Assembly: GCA_965644315.1 (NCBI GenBank)
Contig: CBFFRQ010000029.1
Location: 250,548-314,547, forward strand
Direction of reading: 5' to 3'
DNA length: 64,000 nucleotides
From: Caecitellus pseudoparvulus
Lineage: Eukaryota > Protista > Bigyra: Bicosoecida
In this document: positions 36,706-46,500 of the stretch, piece by piece
Numbering within the stretch: position 1 is the first letter of the stretch
Layout of the letters: every line of letters begins with the position of its first letter
Position numbers and translations under genes: made by a program
The notes under the pieces: generated by a model
Database searches by the model: none
What the model saw: only the letters and a program-made list of their open reading frames with translations
What the model was told of the DNA's origin: nothing

Positions 36706-39087
36706 ATGGCGCGTTCCCTGCATGGCGCCCTGATCGCCTCCGCCCTTGTGCTCCTCACCGCCTGTTCCAGGCAAGCGCAGGCGAGGTATGTCGTGCCTCC
36801 TGCGGAAATCGAAGGTGCGTCAAGTGCACTGCAGCACACCCCGGGTGCGACGCCCAGCGTCACCGCGAGCCGTTCGCAGCCGCAACACTGTACCCCAGCT
36901 GGGCACACCACCACTTTGTGTGGCTGAGCAGCCCCCAGAGCAACCAGGTGAATGTGACCCGATACGTGGCAGGTGCGTGGGCAACGCGGCAAGTTGCAGG
37001 GACGGCGCACGCCACGCCTGCCGGCCTGCTGCGCCACAGAGTACAAGGCCAAGAACATCACTGTCGGTGCCATCAACATTGACAGTCTCTGGTGCGTGCC
37101 GCCCCGCGTCACCCCGTCCCACCCCACCCCTGCACGCCGTGCGCCGCCTGCGCCACGCCTGCGCAGGGCCACCGGCACCAACAACTTCATTGTGGACACG
37201 GCCAAGTTCCCCGACATGAAGACGGTCATCGCAGGCATGCACGCCCAGGGCATCCGGGTCATCTTCTGGACCACCTCCATGATCGACACCGACAGCAGCA
37301 ACTTCAACGCCTCCATCGCCACGCAGGCGTACGTGCGCAACGCAGTGGATGACACGCCCAGCCCCCTGAAGTGGTGGCACGGGGAGGGCCTGCTGCTGGA
37401 CTACGCGCACACGCCGTCCAGGGAGTGGTGGGAACGCCAGCTGGACCAGGTGCTGTCCTTGGGGTTGGATGGGTGGAAGGTGGACGGTACGGACCCGTAT
37501 GTGCTGGAGTATCTGGCACCACGCAGCTGGAACACCAGCGCCTGCCACGACGGCGTGTACTCGTACAGGGACTACGCAGACGCGTATTACGGCCACTTCT
37601 TCAACTACACCTACGCCTACACGGGGGGTGACTCCATCATCTGGTCCCGACCCGTGGACTCATACCCCCTCCTCTCCTGGCCAGGGCCCGGCAACGCATC
37701 CGACTCCAGCACCGAAGGCATCTCCGCCTACCTGCACTTCAGCCCGCACTACGTCATGTTCAGCGGGTGGGTGGGGGACCAAGATCCCGACTTCAACGGC
37801 CTGCGTGACGCTCTGCGCAACATCATCCACTCGGCCTGGGCCGGCTACACCAACTTCGGCAGCGACACCGGCGGCTACCGCACAGGCCCCGGGCCTCTGG
37901 GCCGCACAGGGGAGCTGCTCCTGCGCTGGGCCGCCGTGAACGCCTTCCTGCCCCTGTTCGAGAACGGCGGGGACAAGGAGCACCGCCCGTGGAAGTTCGA
38001 CGCGCCCGGAAGCACCCTGCACGTGGACGCGTACCGTGTGCTGGTGGCGGCACACTACGAGCTGGAGCCGTACCTGTACAGCCTGGGGCACACGGCGTAC
38101 GCGGCGGGCGTGAGCGCCATCGCCCCCAACCAGGCCCCCCTCGCACCCTACCCCTTCATCCTGCAGGGCAACACCATCCACGACTATGCCTTCATGCTGG
38201 GGCCCGACTACTTCGTCGTGCCGGTCGTGCACGCTGGCGCACGCACAGTCACGGCGTCCTTCCCCGGCCCTGCCCAAGTGGCGGCCCTGGCCACCCTGCC
38301 CGACGGCGAGGACGTGTCTGGCGTGGCCTGGGTGTCTCTGTGGGACCCCACGCTCGTGGTGGCAGGCGGCACCAACGCCACCCTGAACACCTCCTACATC
38401 GGCAACGTGCCAGTGTTCCGCAGGGCCAACGCGCTGACCCCCTTGCATGTGTCCACGCCCCTGCTGGGACATGGGGACGCCGCCTCCGCCTCTGCCCTCA
38501 CCCTCACCGCCCACCTGCTGCCCACACCGGCCCTGCAGGCGGGCTTCACCACTCGGACGGTCGTGAAGACATGGAAGGCGCGGGGGACGCAGGCAGAGCT
38601 GAAGGTGTCGCCACCCGACGCTGCCGGGCGCGTGAATGCCACGCTGCTGCTGTCTGCCTGGTCCCGAGCGGACCTGGACACGGTGCTGCTCCTGAGGGGT
38701 GTGGCGCCGACGGCCGACACACGCGTGGTGGGGACTCATGCCAACGCCCAGCGGGGGCAGCGCGCTGCATCCACCACTGCCATCCCGCGCCAGCCTGCGA
38801 CACTGCTGGCCTCCGCCACCACGCGGTTGGCGACGGGTGTGGGCCAACGGGCGCGGCAGTCGTCGCTGCCGCTCACGAGCGCTCAGGCCGACGTCGCCTC
38901 GCCCTACATCGGCTATGGCTTCGACCCGCAGGCTCCGAGCATGACTGTGCACGGTGCCGCCCCGCAGCCGTACTGGGCCGCAGCTGGCGCGCAGGACAGC
39001 GCCGCCGGGGTGCCTGAGGTGTTGGTGCGAGCAGGGGACGCGTCGCTCGGGCTGCAGGTCACCCTCACACACCTGCGCATTGGGTGA
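36706..39087 (+). CDS. Secreted/lysosomal glycoside hydrolase family 31
   Basis: Signal peptide MARSLHGALIASALVLLTAC; three GT-AG introns in 36815-37166; INIDSLW, KFPD, GLDGWKVDGTD (nucleophile), GWVGDQ (acid/base), FGSDTGGY, ELLLRWA, LEPYLYS, FMLGPDYFVVPV. Confidence 0.9.
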
Positions 39088-39278
39088 GGGGGGGGCAAAA
39101 CACACACCCCAATGCACGTCACACTGTCTTTTCTGCCACCGGCTTTCCTCAGGGGCGACCCAGGGGACGTTTCAGACGCGTGCAGGTGGCGCACGAGACA
39201 CCAGAAGGAGCGTGCTAGGCGCGCAGGCCAGCACTGCCCAACACACACAGCAGCACCCGCGGACAGGGCGACGGCGAC

Positions 39279-39640
39279 ATGATCGAGGTGGTGGTGAACG
39301 ACCGGCTGGGGAAGAAGGTGCGCGTGAAGTGCAACGAGGACGACAGCGTGGGGGACCTGAAGAAACTCGTCGCGGCGCAAATCGGCAAGTGCCGCCAACG
39401 CTGCTCCGCACCTGTCCCTGCCCCCTGAAGCTGGCATGCCCGCCCCGCCACAGGCACAAAGCCCGAGAAGATTCGGCTGCAGAAGTGGCACACCATTTAC
39501 AAGGACCACATCACCCTGGACGACTGTGAGGGGCGCGCGGCAAGTGCCTGCGGAAATTGCGCGGGCGCACCCACTCCACCCTCGCCCCCTTCGCAGACGA
39601 GATCCACGACGGCATGAGTTTGGAAATGTACTACACGTGA
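39279..39640 (+). CDS. UBL5: Ubiquitin-like protein 5 / Hub1 (73 aa), missed by the ORF track
   Basis: Exons 39279-39384, 39454-39525, 39597-39640 give [73 protein letters not shown]; intron 1 is GC-AG. Confidence 0.97.
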
Positions 39641-39667
39641 ATTGCGGCCCATGCAACGCCCCGGGCT

Positions 39668-41361
39668 TCAGTCCTTGCTGTCCAGCTTCTCCTTGGCCTC
39701 CCGCTGCTTGACGGCAGCAGTGGCCTTCTGCAGGATTTCCCCCAGCACTTCAGGGTGAAAGGCGCTGCGCGAGGGGCGAGGGGGGGGGGCAGGCTGCAGC
39801 GGCGGCCCTCACCAATGCATGGCCTGCGCGGCAACACTCACCCAATGTCCTCCAGCATGTGCATCTGCAGCGTGTCGGCCTTCATGTCCGCCACCTCGTA
39901 GCTGAAGTCGAACTTGGACTCGCAGTCGGGCTCGTCCTCCGGCTCGTGCAGGCTGGCCATGTACGGGTGCAGCAGCGCCTCCGCCACCGTGATGCGCTTG
40001 TTGGGGTCGAAGGACAGCATGCGGTCCAGCAGGTCCAGCGCCTGTGCGTCCGCCGTGGGGAACAGGCTGCTCCACGCCTGCTTGGGCTTGCCCGCCAGCT
40101 TCTTCATGAAGGCGCGGGCGCGACTGCCCTTGACGAACTCCAGGTCCTCGTCCGCCGGCGTGCCCAGCACATCCACGATGATGCGCAGCTGGTGGATGTA
40201 GTCGTCGCCGGGGAACAGCGGCTTGGTGCCCAGCAGCTCGGCGAAGATGCAGCCCACAGCCCACACGTCGATGGCCTTGGTGTACTGCTGTGTGGACAGC
40301 ATGACCTCTGGCGCACGGTACCACCGCGTGACGACGTACTCTGTCAGCTCCGGGCTATCCTCACTCATGCCCCGGGCCAGGCCGAAGTCACACAGCTTCA
40401 GGGAGCAGTCCGCGTTGAGGAGGATGTTGGAGGGCTTCAGGTCGCGGTGGATGACCTCTGCGGAGTGCTGTGGCGAGGGGGGCGGCGGGGCGTGCAGGGG
40501 CGGACGGGCGGCGCCTGCGCCTCCGGCCCACGCACCATGTACTTGAGTGCACACAGCATCTGGTACACGAAGTACTGGATGTGCTCCTCGGACAGCTGCT
40601 GCTTGGAGTAGATGATGCGGTGCAGGTCCGTCTCCATCAACTCGCTGACGATGTACACGTCCTTGAACTTCTCGTAGCTCTCTGGTGGCTGCAGGTCGTC
40701 GATGCCCAGCACCTGCACCACAGCGCGTGAGCGGGTGTGCCGCCGGCGCAGCACTGCGCGGCAACTCCACGCCCCACGCACGTTCTCGTGGTCAAAGTGC
40801 CGCATGAGCCGGATTTCACGCAGGATGCGCTTGGCGTCCGTGATGTCCCCGAAGCAGTTCCTGCGCGGGCGCCGGCCACAAGACGTGCAGGGCAGGTGGG
40901 CAGTGGAGCGGCGTGGGCGGCCGACTCCGCCTGCACGCCCAGCCCAGGGCACGGCAGCACGGCAGCACGCACGGGATCTTCTTGATGGCCACCTTCTTGC
41001 CAGTCTGGGTGTCCAGCGCAGACCTGTGGGGGGCAGGCGCGGCGGGGTGGCGGGCCAACTTCGACACTGCTGCCAGGTCAGCATCGCTGTGCGACAGCAG
41101 CACCTCCGCCACTCTGCACGCACACGACGACTCCTGCGTTCGGGGAAGCACAGGGGCACGTGCAGCACAGCACACGTGCGCAGCAAGCGCAGGTGGCCCG
41201 CGAGGCACGGCCCACGCACCGTATGCGCCGTGCCCGATGGGCTTGCGAATCTGGTACCGAGTGGACACCTCGAAAACGGACTCGGCGATGGTCACCCGCT
41301 GCACGCCCTCGCGGACAATCACAGACTTAGGCGACGAGCTTGTCGGCCCATCTGCTGCCAT
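39668..41361 (-). CDS. Mitogen-activated protein kinase (TEY activation loop)
   Basis: Seven exons including a 10-nt microexon 41133-41124; IGHGAYGVVVSA, VAIKKI, AKRILREIRLM, HRDLKPSN, CDFGLAR, LTEYVVTRWYRAPE; last intron 39841-39765, stop 39670-39668. Confidence 0.95.
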
Positions 41362-41698
41362 GGCTTCGTGTGGCGGATGCTAGCGCGTCCTGACCTCGAC
41401 GCCGCGCCTGTCACGGCCAGGCGGGCGTGCAGGGCAAGCAGCGGGAATTGAAGGCGGCGGCGTTGGCGTGGCGGCGGCGCACAGGAGGGACCCCTGCCAC
41501 GATCACTGCTCAACTGGGCGAGGCGGAACTCGAAAGTGGGTGTTGTTGCTGGCTTTTTGGCCGCACCTGTCGGCTGCTTGAAGCAACCCGCCCGCCCCCA
41601 AGCGTTGCGAAGCAACCAACGCAAGCAGCATGCTGCGGTGCTGCATTCTTGCGACGCGCCACCGCGACACCGCGCCCTCAAGTCGGACATGGCACGCC

Positions 41699-42625
41699 TC
41701 ACTCCAGCACCTGCTGCTGCATGTTCAGCAGCCACGTCTGGTACTCTGCCTCCTCCTTCAAGTCCGCCGCCGCCAGCACCCGGGAAGCCAGCCCGTCGTC
41801 AATGCCCAGGGACTCCAAGTGCTCGTAGAACGCCTGCTGCAGCTTCATGTCCAAGTCAGCAAAGGTGGGGCCCTCGTACAGGGGGGAGTTGCCCAGCTGC
41901 TCCAGAGTCATGCCTGCCGGCACCAGCTGCACGCCGACAATCTCAAAGGACGCCTGCTCGTCCACAGGCAGGCCCAGGGAGAACAGCGTGTCCTGCTCGG
42001 CGCCCTCCTTCGACACCCGCACGGTGAGGGAGATGATCTCCACCTCACCTGGCTCCACGGAGTCCTCCTCCTCCGTCGCCTGCAGGTCCACGTGCTCAGT
42101 GCCGTCCACAGGCATGCTCTCAGGGTTGCACGCGTTCACCGTGATGGACACGTTGGAGCTGCCCACTTGCTTCTGCAGGGAGAACAGCGCCTGCCCTGGC
42201 TGGCAGTCCACTTCGAAATCCGCGAACTCCTCGCCCAGCGCTTCTGGCAGCGACGCCTGCGTCACGTAGCCCTCGTTCGCCTGCGAACCAAATTCCGCGT
42301 GGAATGCAGAAGCAGTCACACACAAGCGACTCCCCACCACTGCACCGTCCGGTGGGAGCGGCAGAGTAGCTGAGTCAGGCATTTACATGTGCTGCTCTTG
42401 TCAGCGCCCTGAGCTGCCCCTGCGCTCCCTGCTCCTCGCAAGCCAGCAAGACCATGCGCTGCCTCCACAACTCACCTTTTCGTACTCAATCTCCTCTGCC
42501 AGCTTGCTGGCCAAGGAAGACATGCACACACGCTGCGCACGCCCCAGTGCCAGTGCAGGCATCGGAGCAGTCAGCGTTCGGCGCAGTGCACGGGCGGCTG
42601 CCCCTGCAAGCATGCTGGCTGCCAT
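41699..42625 (-). CDS. Mitochondrial acidic matrix protein MAM33/p32 (C1QBP) family
   Basis: Presequence MAASMLAGAAARALRR, LASKLAEEIEYEK, intron 42475-42281, YEGPTFADLDMKLQQAFYEHLESLGIDD..KEEAEYQTWL. Confidence 0.88.
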
Positions 42626-43596
42626 GGTTCTGCGTTGGCTGGCGTCGTAATACTTATGGAGCCTGGGACGGACTGAGCAGCGGGTGTGGGAAGTATGGGA
42701 CGAGGAATGTGTGTTGGTGCTGAGTTTTTTGTCAGGATGGGCTGATTGCGTTCTCATTTGGCAGGCGGCGGGCGCGTGTACCCGCTGCTGGTGTGCTGGA
42801 GCCAGGCGCAGCATGATAACACGAGCTTTGCGCCACTGCCAAGCGCGCATGCCAGCCCACACCTCGCCTGCCCAGCGCTTTTCACGCCCAGCACCCCCTG
42901 TCTCACGCTGCACTCACGCGGCAGCCTCCACCGTCAAGATTGGGACTGTCACGGATTCCTGGATCAAGATTTGATCCCAAAACCAAGGCCCTTCAGCATG
43001 TGTCGAGAAAAAAAGAGTGAACAGGAACCTGTGTTGGACTTGGATTGGCCAAGGCAGCATGAGAGGGGCTGAGGATCGTGCCATGGAAAGGGCACATAAA
43101 GACTGGCTGATGTCAAAGAGTTATAAAGGGTCGTATGGATTTGGAGCTTGCCAGCACCCTCGCGGATCATGAACCTTCGTTTCACTGCTTGTGGGCCACT
43201 CTCGTACTGGATGACAAAAAGTACCCCACCAGCCATGGCACCGAGCCAAAATTTACACGCGAGCCCCCAAAGACCGGATAGACAATACGTACAGCGTGCT
43301 TGGTGTGTCCAAACGTGCCAGCGTTTGGCGTTTCACCTTGACACGCAACTCACGCTCAGGCAAGCTGTGCCTACTGCGCCACGCTTGCATTGAGCGCAGG
43401 AGCGAATGTGTCGTCTCACTCCTAACTTGGAAGCGGGGCCTGTGCAAGAGTTCTTGTGCATTGCAAGGGACTCCTTGCTCGAACGTGGTGCCGACACAGG
43501 GGGAAATGGTGCTGTGTTGTCCACACACCTCGCACCGCAACGTCACGTGGCACCACGGACCAGCCCCGCTCTCAAACCAAGGCAGTTCAGGCCACA

Positions 43597-46500
43597 TCAA
43601 GCCCATGCTACAGCAGAGTCAGATCCATCACGTTCAGGGGCTGTGGCGCTGGGCTCGGCCCTGCCTTCCGTGTCCATGTTTGTGTACCCCCTCTTGCAGC
43701 CGCTGCAGTGCCCAGCACGGTAAGCCAAGAAGATAATGACAACCACCACCAGGGCTGCAACGAGGGCCACACCGATGCCAGTGGCGATGAGATTGCCGTC
43801 TTTCTTTGCCTTGCTGGTCGCTGCAGCGGCAGGGGCTGCCGGGGACGGTGCGGCTTCCTCGACGTTAGCCACGTTCACCACCATGCTTGCCGACACGGGC
43901 TGGGCAGGGGAGCCAGCGTCTTGCCCAGACAGGGTGAGGGTGTACTGTGTAGTGCCGCTCTCCCAGTCCAACACGCCGGCTGTCGTCAAGTCGTACCCTG
44001 TGCCCGTGGCCACCAGAGCGAAGGGTGCCGAGGCAGGCGACAGGGTTGCCGTCACAGCGTGCCCCTCGGGGTCTGTGAAGGTCAGCGCACCCACCACGGT
44101 GCCGACGGCAGAGTTCTCCTCCACAGTAAAGGTGCTTGGGCCGGTGTATGTGGGTGCCTCGTTCACATCCTCGATGGTGACGGTGACGAGGACGCCCTGC
44201 GAAGCTGGTGTCTCCTCAGCGGGGGAGTCCGTCAGCAGCACTAGCAACTCCCACGTGTTGCTCCTCTCAGATCCATCTGGGCGGGCAGGTGGGTTCTCAA
44301 AGTCAAAGCGTGTCTTGGCATGGACGCGCCAGATGGTTCCGGTGTGCACGAACTCGAAGTGCTCCGAGCCTACGCCCAGCACCTGGATGGAGTTCAGCTC
44401 GTCGCCGTCCTCATCTGCCACACGGATGACGCCGAAGGGCACGCCCACGTCTGAGTTCTCCGCCAGCATAAAGTGGTCGGTGTACGTCGGCTCTCCGTCC
44501 GGGTCAGGGTTGGTGTTGGCCAGCTTGGGCGGGTCGTTGGCGTCCAAGATGTACAGGTACGCCGGCACGAGGGTAGTCTTGGCGCCGCCCGCTGCATCCA
44601 GGTTGTCTCCATCGTCCGTCAGCTCCACGCAGAAGGGCACCACACGGGAGCCCTCGGGTGGGGTGGGCGCTGCAGCATGGCTGATGTTGGGCGGCACTTG
44701 ATTGGCGCCCATGTACGTGTCATTGTTGGAGAAGTCTGCCGTCGCTGCACCTGGCACAGACACAGCACCACATGGGTCGTTCACGTTGAAGGCTACAGGC
44801 AGGCGTCGCTCCTGGTGGCCAGCTGCGCCTCCCTGCCAGGGGCTGGTCGCTTCATAGTCGAACCCCTTGACCGCGAGCAGGGCCCACACGCCGGCGCTCG
44901 TCAGTTCTGCAGCAAGGGAATCACCGGGTGAGTGCACGACGACGCTGGACAGGCTGTCCCCCGCATCCACGTGGAAGGCGGTCAGCTGCCCCAGCGGCGC
45001 GCCTGGATCGCCGTTCTCCACAACGGTGAAGGCGCGAGAGCGCAGTGCGCCCGATGGGATGGGTTCCTCGTTCACATCTCCAAACTGACCGCCTGTGACT
45101 GTGGTCACGATGGGCTGAATGGCGCCTCCTCCGATGTAGTCGTACAGGGGCACAGTGAGGTCATGGCTGAGGGTGGGCAGGTGCAAGAGTCCAGCGCTGG
45201 GGCTCTGAGAGCTTGCTGCCACCAGTGCCTCGAAGTCCAGGTGGGCGCCACAGAGGATGACGACATTGAAGCGAGTGCCCTTGTTGGAGATGTCGTGGGG
45301 GCCGGTCACTGCAGCAGTGGTGGTCAGCGTGGGCAGAGATGTGGAGCCGAAAGACGTCGTGATGGTGACGTCTTCAGGCCGCACGGAGAAGGTGCCGAAG
45401 CCGTCGACGGTCTCCAGGGAGAAGTCGGGGTCATACCCTGGCACCACCATCATGATTTGGGCTGTGTCCACGCCCTCCAGGCACGTGAACAGCTCAGCCT
45501 CATCCAGCGCCAGTTCGAGCGGGTCTTCATCCATGTCAGCCACCAGCACGTCGTAGGCTGGGCCCTGGGCGTTGTCCTGCTCAGGGATGCTAGAGGACAC
45601 GACCACACGCAGGGGCGCCTCTCCCAAGGCACCCTCCACGCTGTAGTGCTGTCCAGTGAGAGGGGATGGAGAGGTCACAGTGCCCTCCACAGCAAGCCGC
45701 AGCGCCTCCAAGTCCCAGCTGGCGTCGGCCGTGTCGATGCTGCAGGTGGCCTCCACGTACGCATTGGCGCTCGTGTGGCTGAAGGTGCCACAGGAAGCCG
45801 TGAGGCCCTGCAGCGGCTCAGGCACGGTGCCACCAGACGGCCCGGCCAGGGTCAGTGTGAAGTCCAGCAAGTTGCCGGGGCGGTTCAAGTCGTGCAGGCG
45901 GATGTAGAAGTCCTGCACGACTGGTGTCACGGGGCCGAGGGTGGCTTCGTCGACGGTGTAGGTGAGGGACTGTGGGAAGGACTGGATCTCCAGCTCCGGC
46001 TCCACAACGTCCGTCACGATGAGATCATGCTGTTGGCTTTCCACACATGAGCTGGGCCCGCATGCGACAAACTTGATGGGGAAGAAGAATGTCTCGGGGT
46101 GATCTGGAGCCATGAGGTTTACACCTGCGTGAGCTTGCAGAGCTTCGGTGTCAATGGCGCCCGCACTAATGCTTGCAGAGGAGGTGGTCACGTCAGAGGC
46201 GGTCATTGCAACGAGAGATACGTCCAACGCCCTTCGCCCATCAGCCATGGTGCTGCCTGTGTTGTTCGAGTCGATTGTGCTGATGACGTGGAAAGTTAGC
46301 CCAATCGAATCCCATACGCTGACCATGGGGTACGAGACGGCACCCGGGAATTCTTGCTCAACGTTCTCGGTGACAGCAATGTCTGAGCCAGTGATCGAGG
46401 CAGGTGGCTCTACCGCGTTGCTCAGGGTGAGCGTGGCGGGCTCACTGGCAGCACCCCACACGCCTGGCAAGACCTCGAACTGCACCACGAAGTCCAACAC

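Noticed and set aside
39765-39841. Nested microexon in the last MAPK intron (..gcgcag GCCATGCATTG gtgagg..)
   Set aside because: Would need an 18-nt intron and would shift the frame; the single 77-nt intron gives a sensible C-terminus.
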